Below are positions 38,609-47,352 of a stretch of DNA of 64,000 bases, piece by piece. This stretch comes from Eubacteriales bacterium (lineage in GTDB: Bacteria > Bacillota > Clostridia > Lachnospirales > Lachnospiraceae). Position 1 is the first letter of the stretch. Each line of letters opens with the position of its first letter. Location of the stretch: the NCBI GenBank assembly GCA_030531385.1, contig JAUNNP010000001.1:18402-82401 (forward strand), read 5' to 3'. The notes under the pieces were generated by a model. It worked only from the letters and a program-made list of their open reading frames with translations, was not told the DNA's origin and did not search any database. The translations under genes and the position numbers were made by a program.

Positions 38609-39355
38609 TTATATTTTTTTTATAGGCTCCTTATTCGCCTCAAGTATAAGCTCTCTGATATATGCTGCCGGAGTCTTCTTATATTCCTCCGGAATGTCCT
38701 TATAGCTTACAGGTTCCATGAAACGGACCCTTACCGTCTCCCTTGTGACCCTTATCTTCGGTTTATGGGCCTCATATATCTTCTCTGTATCCTTGATAGC
38801 CACCGGAATAATGCTGCAGTTGGTTTTCTGTGCTATTTTAAGGCTTCCCTCCTTAAAATCCATTGGAATGTCCTGATCCTCATTCCTGTTTCTGGTCCCC
38901 TCAGGAAAAATAAATACCGGAATCCCCTGTCTGATATCCTCTGCTGCCGCATTGATGGTCTTAAGACCCTCACGTACATTTTCACGATTCATGAAAAGGC
39001 ACCCTATCATATGCATCCACTGTCCCATGACAGGTATCTTTGACAGCTGTATCTTGGCGATAAATGCTGTCGGCTGCTTCATGCTTACATAAGTGGCAAG
39101 CGCGTCAAAATATGATCTGTGATTTCCGACAAAGAGCACCGCCTCGTCATCGGGAATATTATCCCTTCCTTCAACTATAAGTGTCGTTCCGGCAACAAAA
39201 AGTTCAAATCTCAAAAAAACCTTTACCACAGCATATGCTGCTTTTAAGGCGGCTCTCTCATTGAACTGCTTTACTATAAAAAGCGCAAGAAGCACCGGTA
39301 TGAAGAATGTAAAGAAACAAAGAAAGAATAATCCTACAAATAAAGCTCTTATCAT
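38609..39355 (-). CDS. plsC: 1-acyl-sn-glycerol-3-phosphate acyltransferase
   Basis: 248 aa. N-terminal TM helix. Acyltransferase motifs FVGNHRSYFDA and FPEGTRN. Confidence 0.85.
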   Translation of the reverse strand: MIRALFVGLFFLCFFTFFIPVLLALFIVKQFNERAALKAAYAVVKVFLRFELFVAGTTLIVEGRDNIPDDEAVLFVGNHRSYFDALATYVSMKQPTAFIAKIQLSKIPVMGQWMHMIGCLFMNRENVREGLKTINAAAEDIRQGIPVFIFPEGTRNRNEDQDIPMDFKEGSLKIAQKTNCSIIPVAIKDTEKIYEAHKPKIRVTRETVRVRFMEPVSYKDIPEEYKKTPAAYIRELILEANKEPIKKI

Positions 39356-39370
39356 ATCGTCATACGCTCC

Positions 39371-40183
39371 TCAAAGAACATCCGAAAAATGAGGGCGAAG
39401 CTTTGTAAACACCTTCAGTCCTGCATAAAAGATCAGTAATGTAACTACCCAGAAATACAGCGTATTAAGCGGGCGCTCCCAGAAAAAATTGCCGGTGAGC
39501 ATGGAATCCCTGTAGCCCGCTACTATATAGTAGACCGGATTAAGCTTAAATATGGGCGCCATCCACGGATGTGAATCGGTAAACATTCCCTCCCAATACA
39601 TGATCGGAGCAAGCCACATTCCAAACTGCAGGCAAATGCTGACTATCTGTGTCATATCCTTAAAAAAGGCATAGACTGAAGCCGTGAAAAATCCGACACC
39701 GAGTGAAAATGTAAGTGCCGCAAAGCTGTAATAAAGTACCTGCACCCATGTAACAAGCGGAGTTCTGCCCGCAACAAGGAATACAGCGAACATTATCACA
39801 AGAAAGCACGCATGAACCAGAAAGCATGAGCACACCTTGATGACCGGCAGGAGCTCTACCGGAAATACCAGCTTCTTTACAAGATAGCTGTACTCATTAA
39901 GCGTGTTGGTAATGCCCGATATCGACTCATTTATAAAAAACCACGGAACAAGTCCGGGGATCAGCCATACGACATAAGGCACTCCCGGTACCGGAGGCAC
40001 CGATTTCATTCCCAGCTGGAAAATAAAGAAAAATATAAGCACGGTAACCACAGGCTGTACAAACATCCATATAATTCCAAAGTAAGAGCCGACAAAACGC
40101 TTCTTAAAATCAGAACCGGCCAGCTGCGCTATCATTTTTCTTTTCTCTGTTATTTCTTTTAAAAGCTGTGTTATTATATGCAT
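39371..40183 (-). CDS. Polysaccharide/teichoic-acid export ABC-2 permease (Wzm/TagG-like)
   Basis: 270 aa, 6 TM. N-terminus ...MIAQLAGSDFKKRFVGSYFGIIWMFVQP... is typical of Wzm/TagG. No cognate ATPase gene is adjacent. Confidence 0.75.
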   Translation of the reverse strand: MHIITQLLKEITEKRKMIAQLAGSDFKKRFVGSYFGIIWMFVQPVVTVLIFFFIFQLGMKSVPPVPGVPYVVWLIPGLVPWFFINESISGITNTLNEYSYLVKKLVFPVELLPVIKVCSCFLVHACFLVIMFAVFLVAGRTPLVTWVQVLYYSFAALTFSLGVGFFTASVYAFFKDMTQIVSICLQFGMWLAPIMYWEGMFTDSHPWMAPIFKLNPVYYIVAGYRDSMLTGNFFWERPLNTLYFWVVTLLIFYAGLKVFTKLRPHFSDVL

Positions 40184-40185
40184 TT

Positions 40186-40758
40186 TTAGTTAAATTTAAA
40201 TGTCTCGCTGAGTCCGCCCCACTTTGTATCCTTCTCAGAAAGAATGAGCTCCATTCCCTCCTCTATCGGCCACTCAACTCCAATTTCACTGTCATTATAA
40301 ATAAGTCCGCCTTCATCTCCCGGATGATAGAAATCCGTTACCTTGTACGCGAACTCCGCCACATCGCTAAGTACGAGAAATCCATGGGCAAAGCCCTCTG
40401 AAATGTAAAACTGCTTTTTATTCTCCTCGGTAAGCTCGATCCCGTACCACATTCCGTATGTATCCGAACCTGTACGAAGATCCACGGCCACATCGAATAC
40501 TCTGCCCTTAAGCACTCTTACAAGCTTTCCCTGCGGGTACTGCTTCTGATAATGAAGGCCTCTCAAAACACCCTTTACCGAGCAGGACTGGTTATCCTGA
40601 ACAAATACCATATCAAGACCGGCCTCGTCAAAATCACGCTTATTATATGTTTCCACAAAATATCCGCGCTCATCCTTATGAACAGTAGGCTGAATAACAT
40701 AAAGCCCCTTGATCACCTTACCGTTTTTCTCACATTTTTCAACGCTTATCTGTCCCAT
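40186..40758 (-). CDS. rfbC: dTDP-4-dehydrorhamnose 3,5-epimerase
   Basis: 190 aa. ...DERGYFVETY...RGLHYQKQYPQGKLVRVLKGRVFDVAVDLRTGSDTYGMW...GFAHGF... (RmlC cupin). Confidence 0.93.
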   Translation of the reverse strand: MGQISVEKCEKNGKVIKGLYVIQPTVHKDERGYFVETYNKRDFDEAGLDMVFVQDNQSCSVKGVLRGLHYQKQYPQGKLVRVLKGRVFDVAVDLRTGSDTYGMWYGIELTEENKKQFYISEGFAHGFLVLSDVAEFAYKVTDFYHPGDEGGLIYNDSEIGVEWPIEEGMELILSEKDTKWGGLSETFKFN

Positions 40759-40778
40759 AAATACTCCTTAATTTCTAA

Positions 40779-42422
40779 TTATAATCTTAAACATACTGTT
40801 GCGAATGCTCTCAAAAGTATGTATGAATCCATTACCATAAACAGCCATATTATCTCCCGGCCAAGGCTCCGCTTTAAGCTTATCCAGTCTCCCGGTATGC
40901 TCATTAAAAGAAGCGGGAGCACCGGAAGCAGATATCTTCCCTGCACGCCCTCGATATATCTTGAGGATAAAGGCGTAAATGCCAGAAGCATAGATCCCAT
41001 CAGTGCCCCAAGGACCAGCAGGAAGGTGCATAAGAGCAGCAGCTTTTCCCATGCAGCCGTTCTTATTTCAGATCCTGCCGCAAGCAGCATAAGACAAATG
41101 GCATACATCCCGATAAAAGGATATGGAACATTAAGAACCGCATCCTGATTTCCAAGCCTGATACCAAACATAGTTGAGAACCAGTTTCCGGACTGCATCA
41201 AAAATGAATTGTAAAATAATCTTATGCTCTCTATCGGTCTGTGGATGAGCAGGCTTAAGGTATAGCCTTCAGGTTCCTCTGCCCAGGTGATTATTCTTTC
41301 ATCTGCCGCCGCATAATTTTCTATAGTCCGGCTGTTCACTATGTACATCGTGATGCCAAGAAGCACTATACACATTGCCGCAGTAAAGAAGAATTTTTTT
41401 CTTCCGGCAGGCATCAGCATCAGTATCATAAATATCAGCAGCGAATAAACAAGCTTGCATGGTCCAAGCAGCGCAAGTATGACCGCCGCTCCCAAAAGCT
41501 TCTTTGTATCCGCATCTGCTCCTTCAGCCCTCAGCCTGATCACAAGCGCCATAAACAGAAAGCTCATTGATATAACATAGACATCATAGGACATCGAACC
41601 GGCAAGATGCATCGTCATAGGCAGCATGGCTGTGCCCGCAAGAAGCTCGCCTCCCGCAGGAATAAGTCCTATGGCAAGAGTTATCACACCCACAAAAAAC
41701 AGAAGGTTAAAAAGCTTGCCCATGGTTATAAGTCCGAGCGGGCCAAGACCTGTTATTCTGGCAATGCTGATGCCGGCAGCCTGAGGCAGATATGCGATCG
41801 GCAGCGTATTCACGGTCCACTGGCAGGATAATTCAGTCTCACCGATTCCGGTTTTCAGATCCTCATACTCATATATCCTGTAAACATTTTCATCGAGGGT
41901 CTGACCGAAAATGTCTAGAACGATATCATCATCCCCGACGCCTTCTGCATCCGAAACAGCCTTCAACGTACCTCCCATATCTTCAAGATACATATCACAG
42001 GCTCTTACATATACTCTTCCATTCTCATCAGCAGCGGGCTTTAGGAGTATGGAATTTGAATATTTGTATGCTGTAATATAATGGCTTACCTCATCAGGAG
42101 CTGAAAGTCCCTTGAATACATAGATATTACCAAGTCCTATGAGCATTGCCATGACAGCAAACCATAGCCTTATACTGCACCCTCTTATAAACATGAGATA
42201 AAAGCTTATCCCGCAGCCGGCAAAGAGAAATGCGCCAAGAAAGAGATACTTTCCCGCAAGAAAGCTGTCTTTACATTCTGCCATGCTGTCCTTTACATCC
42301 AGAAAATGCCATCCGAATGCAAGAAAGAGCAGGACCGCGGCTATAAGCGCCATCCGGATATATGTTGAATTTTTTTTTGCATTATCAATCTTCAATTCTT
42401 CCGGCTGCCGACGCAGCTGCAA
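40779..42422 (-). CDS. Polytopic membrane protein, possibly a DUF2142/GT-C-like glycan-assembly protein
   Basis: 547 aa with at least 12 TM helices, located in the polysaccharide locus. The family call rests on context and general appearance only. An alternative start exists at 42353. The tracked start overlaps the upstream gene by 38 nt. Confidence 0.45.
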   Translation of the reverse strand: MQLRRQPEELKIDNAKKNSTYIRMALIAAVLLFLAFGWHFLDVKDSMAECKDSFLAGKYLFLGAFLFAGCGISFYLMFIRGCSIRLWFAVMAMLIGLGNIYVFKGLSAPDEVSHYITAYKYSNSILLKPAADENGRVYVRACDMYLEDMGGTLKAVSDAEGVGDDDIVLDIFGQTLDENVYRIYEYEDLKTGIGETELSCQWTVNTLPIAYLPQAAGISIARITGLGPLGLITMGKLFNLLFFVGVITLAIGLIPAGGELLAGTAMLPMTMHLAGSMSYDVYVISMSFLFMALVIRLRAEGADADTKKLLGAAVILALLGPCKLVYSLLIFMILMLMPAGRKKFFFTAAMCIVLLGITMYIVNSRTIENYAAADERIITWAEEPEGYTLSLLIHRPIESIRLFYNSFLMQSGNWFSTMFGIRLGNQDAVLNVPYPFIGMYAICLMLLAAGSEIRTAAWEKLLLLCTFLLVLGALMGSMLLAFTPLSSRYIEGVQGRYLLPVLPLLLMSIPGDWISLKRSLGREIIWLFMVMDSYILLRAFATVCLRL

Positions 42423-43992
42423 TACTCATAATTGCCATAGGCAAAACGATAGGGACACTTATATTGACTATCGACTGGAGCGTATATGTCAGGGCAGCGA
42501 ACGCAAATGCCGCTCCCGCAGTTTTGATCCCTGCCGATTTTGCCCTTAAACCGTCCGCGCACGCAAAGGCTGTCATCAGATAATATGACAAAAAGCCCAG
42601 GATGCCGGTCTCAAACAGCCTCTGAAGAGGCTCACTGTGAATAGAGTCAAAAGTGAAATCAAACTCTCTCATGGTTGTATTGAAATCATGGATAAGTACA
42701 TAAATGGAATAGGTTTCCGGTCCTGAGCCTATCAGCTTTTTAGTTAGCGGAAAGTCCTTAAAATACTTAGCCGCAAGCTTCCATGCGAAACCTCTGTTGT
42801 GACCCCAGCTGTCGTTGAACACAAGAAAGCTTGAGACTGAAGCATAACGCTCAGCATGTCCGCCTGCATTGGCATCATAAAACAGGAATACGACCCCGCA
42901 GAATGCAATAATTCCAAACACCGCCCAGGTCATACGCAATTTACGGGAAAGCCCCTTGTCAGATGGAGATACAAGGAAAGCATCCTTTTTCTTCATATCC
43001 GCTGTAAGCTTACTTGCTGTTTTCTTAAATATCTGACTTAAAGCCACAGCTGCAGCGATAAGCAGCACAAACAATACTAAAAGCTGTTTTACATGTCCGT
43101 TTGCCATAATGGCAAGCTCACCCCAGTATGGGTTTGTTATCTCAGGGAAGGTAAAGCTGATCCACGCTACTATCAGCATGGCAGATATATATGCCGCAAG
43201 CATAATAAAATATCTTACTATACCCTCCTTATTCCTGAATGCAAAGAACGGAATAAAGCATACGATAAATCCAATGGAAACAAGTGTATTTGCAGATCTT
43301 CCGCATTCCAGTCCCATAAATATTATTACAATAGCGGCAAGATATAGGACGCTCCTTATATGCGCCTTTTTCTCGTCCTGAACCTCTCCTGTAAACAAAA
43401 CCGAAGCTGCCGCAAGGAACATGGCCTCAGCCGCGGTAACACAGTTTACATTTCCAAAGGTAGATGAAAATGGCTGAATATCGGCTATGCCAAATGGGCT
43501 GTGACCAAAATAATCCAGTATGCCCCAGGCACTGCAGAATACACCAACGGCGATCATAAGATCCGCATGATACCGCTTCGGCACATAAAATCTCGATATA
43601 AGCAAATAGCCTATGACATACCAGGTCAGCAGGAAGCCGCCCTGCAGTCTCGCAGCATTTCCCCAGAAAGCCTCATAGACCCATTCCGATGTGGCCGTAG
43701 ACAATATAACTACGATCAGGAATATAAGCGCAAAGATATCCGCTGCCCTCAGACTTTTTTTAAGGTTCGCGGGATTCATGGCTTTTGCAAGCTGTTTCCT
43801 GTCATTCTTATTCTTTACACAGCAGAATATGCAGACGATAAGGCTGAGTACAGCAGCAGCCATCGTGCTGTACAGATAACAGTAAAGCTTTGCCTCAGTG
43901 ATATCGTAATACCGGTTTATCATAAACAGCGGAAAGACCACTATCAGGATCAGCGTGTATATGTTTACAATTTTAGTAATCGTATTTTTCAT
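42385..43992 (-). CDS. O-antigen ligase/polymerase-like (Wzy_C) membrane protein
   Basis: 535 aa, polytopic. A central loop after clustered TM helices and ...HSEPLQRLFETGILGF... resemble the Wzy_C/RfaL motif. Confidence 0.6.
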   Translation of the reverse strand: MKNTITKIVNIYTLILIVVFPLFMINRYYDITEAKLYCYLYSTMAAAVLSLIVCIFCCVKNKNDRKQLAKAMNPANLKKSLRAADIFALIFLIVVILSTATSEWVYEAFWGNAARLQGGFLLTWYVIGYLLISRFYVPKRYHADLMIAVGVFCSAWGILDYFGHSPFGIADIQPFSSTFGNVNCVTAAEAMFLAAASVLFTGEVQDEKKAHIRSVLYLAAIVIIFMGLECGRSANTLVSIGFIVCFIPFFAFRNKEGIVRYFIMLAAYISAMLIVAWISFTFPEITNPYWGELAIMANGHVKQLLVLFVLLIAAAVALSQIFKKTASKLTADMKKKDAFLVSPSDKGLSRKLRMTWAVFGIIAFCGVVFLFYDANAGGHAERYASVSSFLVFNDSWGHNRGFAWKLAAKYFKDFPLTKKLIGSGPETYSIYVLIHDFNTTMREFDFTFDSIHSEPLQRLFETGILGFLSYYLMTAFACADGLRAKSAGIKTAGAAFAFAALTYTLQSIVNISVPIVLPMAIMSIAAASAAGRIED

Positions 43993-44004
43993 TGCAGTTC
44001 AATA

Positions 44005-44598
44005 TCATTCCTCTGATGCGACCTTGCCATCGGCCCCATAGACTACCGCATTCTCAAGATATACGGAAAGCTCGTGCTTCCAGTCTTCAACATAGGTCTC
44101 ATAATCCGGAGTTATCGGTATCTCTCCGCCGGCAGGAACGTTAAGCGAGTATACCTGCTCTCCGGTCGTCTCATCCACCACATTCATTTCTATCGCATAG
44201 GTATTATAAAAATCTCCAAAATCAGAAGGTGAGCTCGCCTTAAACTTCACGTCCTGCATTGCCGCAGCGTCAGATACCATGCGCAGGGCAGCTGAAGCAA
44301 AAGCAATACCGTCCTCTTCCTGTATGCCCTCAACGCCGGTTGCGGAAATAACTACCTTTTTATCATCATTATTTCCGTCTATATCGATAGCGGTTATATA
44401 TGCATAAGGCTGTCCGTCTTCAACTGACATCAGCGACTCGATGGCATCATTATGGAGCTGTACGAAATCAATATTATATCCTTCGCTGGCAATAAAGTCC
44501 GGATTGGCCTCGAATGATACCCCCTTTGTGGGAACGCAGCCCGAAAAAACGCAGCCTGCGGCAAGTACCGCGCATAAAGCATAGATTTTCTTTCTCAT
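44005..44598 (-). CDS. Lipoprotein of unknown function
   Basis: 197 aa. Lipobox MRKKIYALCAVLAAGCVFSG/C. Acidic mature domain. Confidence 0.7.
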   Translation of the reverse strand: MRKKIYALCAVLAAGCVFSGCVPTKGVSFEANPDFIASEGYNIDFVQLHNDAIESLMSVEDGQPYAYITAIDIDGNNDDKKVVISATGVEGIQEEDGIAFASAALRMVSDAAAMQDVKFKASSPSDFGDFYNTYAIEMNVVDETTGEQVYSLNVPAGGEIPITPDYETYVEDWKHELSVYLENAVVYGADGKVASEE

Positions 44599-44671
44599 TT
44601 ATATTTCCTCCATGACACTTTTTTCTTAAAAAGGTCTGCTTATAATCTATTAAATAGCCATAGTTAGATTT

Positions 44672-44680
44672 ATTATACCA
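44672..44680 (-). promoter_or_regulatory. Extended -10 promoter candidate for the lipoprotein / Wzy-like / rmlC unit
   Basis: The minus strand reads TGgTATAAT (TATAAT = 44672-44677, TG = 44679-44680), immediately after the htrA terminator. Confidence 0.4.
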
Positions 44681-44715
44681 TACAAACAGAGGCTTTCACA
44701 ATCGTGAAAGCCTCT
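44681..44715 (-). terminator. Rho-independent terminator after htrA
   Basis: A perfect 12-bp stem: AGAGGCTTTCAC (44688-44699) pairs with GTGAAAGCCTCT (44704-44715) around a 4-nt loop. On the minus strand it is followed by GTTTGTAT. Confidence 0.75.
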
Positions 44716-44743
44716 AAATTTGACTTGGCTCTATTCTTATGAT

Positions 44744-46306
44744 TTATCTGTACTGCTCAAGGAACTGTCTGAAAAGATCGTACATAGCCTGATCCTCTGA
44801 AGCGTTCGCGTTTCCGCCGTCGGCACTGCTATCGCTGCCCGCACTGTTATCGCCGTTAGCGCTGTCAGTGCTGTTACCGCTGTCATTGCTGTCAGCGCTG
44901 CTTTCGGCATTTCCGGCATTGTCGCCGTTCTCAGCATTCTGAGCATCAGCGGCATCTGACTTACCGCCTTTATTTTTCTCGTCCGGCTGACTTTCAGCCG
45001 CAGCTGCCGCGTTCTTTTTTGAACCAAGTGTTACCTGGATCACCTTCTCGGCATAGGTTCCGTCTTCAAGTCTCTGAACCGTAACATCTACTGTTGAGCC
45101 TGCCTCATAGTATTTAACAAGTCTGGCGAGCTCATCGGCACTTGTCACCTTCTGGTTGTCAAACTTTGTGATGATATCATTCTTCAAAAGTCCCGCTTCC
45201 TTAGCCGGTGACTCCTGGACATCAGCCTCGGTATAGCCATCGGCAAGCTCATCTGAGAAGCCTCTGATGATAACACCGGCAGGAATGCCGAGTGCCTGTG
45301 CGTTTGCCTGTGAAACTGTGTTCATATATATTCCGAGGCGTCCCTGATTCTCTTCAGCGACCTCGACCTTTGTCTTTGCATTTGAAAGATCGTCAATAAC
45401 CTCTTTTACCTTATAGATCGGAATGCTGTATCCGATTCCTTCAACGCTTGTCTCTGAAAGCTTCGCAACGTTGATTCCGATAAGCTCACCCTTCATGTTG
45501 ATAAGAGCTCCGCCGGAATTTCCCGGATTGATCGCCGCATCTACCTGAATAAGATCGGAATAAACTGTATTCTCAGCCTCTATCTCTCTTCCGAGAGCTG
45601 AGATATATCCTACTGTTACCGACTGTCCGTAACCAAGCGCATTTCCGATCGCGATAACGCCCTGGCCTACCTTTAAGTCTTCCTGGTCGTGAAGAGTTGC
45701 GATCTTGATAGCACTCATAGTCTCATCACTTATCTCCGAAAGAGGGATCGCTATAACCGCGATATCGATGCTGCTGTCAGCACCTTTGACCGCAGCGTCG
45801 ACCGTTGTTCCATCGATAAATGTTACTGAAAGTTCCTTGGAATCCTCAATTACATGATTGTTGGTAACTATAAGAAGCTCATCATCCGTCTTATCAAGGA
45901 TAACGCCGGAACCTGATGCCGGTACTTCATATTCCTGGGCCATTCCGCCGCCGTAGAAATAATCAAATATGTTGCTGTAGCCATACTGTCTTACTACCAT
46001 TGTGTTGGTAATGCTTACAAGCTGCGGCATGGACTCCTCAGCAAGATCGGAAACATCCAGAACCGCTGCTGAATATTTATTATCAGACTGTTTATTTTCT
46101 TTTGTCGTGGTTTTCTCTTCGGCGGCGTTGGTTTCAGAAACCGCTTTCGTTTCCTTTTCACTTGCTGCCTGTGTCTCGTTCTCTGCTTCTGATACCGCTT
46201 CGATCTGAGTCTGCACACCCGCAGCATGAGTAATACCTAAAATAGTCGCCCCTGCAACTGCTCCGAAAACAAGAGCCGATACTATAACTGCCAATGCTTT
46301 TTTCAT
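44744..46306 (-). CDS. htrA: HtrA/DegP-family serine protease with a PDZ domain and a low-complexity C-terminal tail
   Basis: 520 aa. N-terminal TM anchor. Catalytic His (VTNNHVI) and Ser (NPGNSGGALIN). PDZ region (...GVIIRGFSD...KNDIITKFDNQKV...). An approximately 90-aa Asn/Ser/Asp/Ala/Gly tail ends in MYDLFRQFLEQYR. Confidence 0.9.
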   Translation of the reverse strand: MKKALAVIVSALVFGAVAGATILGITHAAGVQTQIEAVSEAENETQAASEKETKAVSETNAAEEKTTTKENKQSDNKYSAAVLDVSDLAEESMPQLVSITNTMVVRQYGYSNIFDYFYGGGMAQEYEVPASGSGVILDKTDDELLIVTNNHVIEDSKELSVTFIDGTTVDAAVKGADSSIDIAVIAIPLSEISDETMSAIKIATLHDQEDLKVGQGVIAIGNALGYGQSVTVGYISALGREIEAENTVYSDLIQVDAAINPGNSGGALINMKGELIGINVAKLSETSVEGIGYSIPIYKVKEVIDDLSNAKTKVEVAEENQGRLGIYMNTVSQANAQALGIPAGVIIRGFSDELADGYTEADVQESPAKEAGLLKNDIITKFDNQKVTSADELARLVKYYEAGSTVDVTVQRLEDGTYAEKVIQVTLGSKKNAAAAAESQPDEKNKGGKSDAADAQNAENGDNAGNAESSADSNDSGNSTDSANGDNSAGSDSSADGGNANASEDQAMYDLFRQFLEQYR

Positions 46307-46465
46307 ATATTGTTTACCTCCTATATTTCAGAAGCTGCTTTAGTTATCAAAGCTATAACCTTCGACAATGTTATCGTATATTTTTATGTCTAATTTGTGT
46401 CCAATTACAGCATTATTTACGAATTTATATTTTTTTTAGTATTCCTTAATCTGAGTTTTATTGCT

Positions 46466-47224
46466 TCACTTTTTCACAAGCTCTCCGACTTTTTTCTTTA
46501 TAAGGCAGGTCTTATCCCTGCAGTTTGCGCACTGAAGCCGTTTATTCGAGCCCTCCCAGAATCGTTCCGAATGAAGGGCATATATCATTTCCCATCTGAA
46601 CATTACCACTATCGATGTAAAGAAAAGGCTCCAGCTGAAGAAATTCCTTATAAACAGCATCGGAGTAAACATCATAATGTGGCCCCAGTCATATATCCTG
46701 CAGTTCACACAGCATTTGTTCTTCATTATGAATGTCTGGAAAGGACAGAAAATAATAATGCAAATGTAGTCGCACAGAAAATAAAAGACTGTGAGCATCA
46801 GAAGATCACCCTCATCTATTATCCCGGCAAGATACAATATACCGAAAATGGCATTAAAGCTCAGCCATACCAGCATTACTATCCATGCTCTTATATTCAT
46901 TCCGCGTACATATCTTAAAAGGCTTAGTTCTGAGTAACCCTCTACGGGCTCAAACCGCTCGGCTTTCTGCTTTAATATGGCCATGGAGAGCTTATCTGTA
47001 GGGAATATATGCCCCAGCATCATCAGCATGAACATGGCCCACAATATATGGATCGGAGTAATGCCGAAGCTTATCGGCTGAACCATGAACCTGCCGAGCC
47101 AGTCACGATGAGTAATATACAGCACAAGAATAGCTGTAAATATCGATATGCGAAGAGCAAACTTAGCAAGATAAGCAGCATAGACCGGGGTGATTTCGAA
47201 TTTTTCATGTCTTTTTCCGGACAT
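46466..47224 (-). CDS. Cys-rich polytopic membrane protein, unknown family
   Basis: 252 aa with about 6 TM helices. Cys motifs CDYICIIIFC, CCVNC and CANCRDKTC. Flanked by its own terminators. Confidence 0.6.
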   Translation of the reverse strand: MSGKRHEKFEITPVYAAYLAKFALRISIFTAILVLYITHRDWLGRFMVQPISFGITPIHILWAMFMLMMLGHIFPTDKLSMAILKQKAERFEPVEGYSELSLLRYVRGMNIRAWIVMLVWLSFNAIFGILYLAGIIDEGDLLMLTVFYFLCDYICIIIFCPFQTFIMKNKCCVNCRIYDWGHIMMFTPMLFIRNFFSWSLFFTSIVVMFRWEMIYALHSERFWEGSNKRLQCANCRDKTCLIKKKVGELVKK

Positions 47225-47301
47225 GTTTCTTTTTCCTTTCCATGAGACAGGTTTCCCTGCCGTTTAAGAATTTGTTTTAAATACAGCTCATCCCGCTGAT
47301 T

Positions 47302-47336
47302 GAAAAGGCCCCGGCTTCTTATATGAATGCCGGGGC
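47302..47336 (-). terminator. Rho-independent terminator ending the long polysaccharide/pentose operon
   Basis: GCCCCGGC (47308-47315) pairs with GCCGGGGC (47329-47336) around a 13-nt loop. On the minus strand it is followed by CTTTTCAAT. Confidence 0.7.
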
Positions 47337-47352
47337 GTAAATAGCAATTATC

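Noticed and set aside
40768-41052. A 94-aa minus-strand ORF overlapping the 3' end of the 547-aa membrane protein gene.
   Set aside because: It is in a different frame inside a longer coherent polytopic ORF. It has no SD and an odd composition, so I consider it spurious.
44770-44990. Reiterated GC-rich short DNA repeats as a possible CRISPR array or VNTR. Similar repeats occur at 47400-47760, 62520-62600 and 63600-63760.
   Set aside because: All of them lie inside ORFs and encode low-complexity Ser/Gly/Ala/Thr/Asn linkers. There are no regular repeat-spacer units and no cas genes. Only the phased 30-nt repeats at 47821-47940 are reported as a feature.
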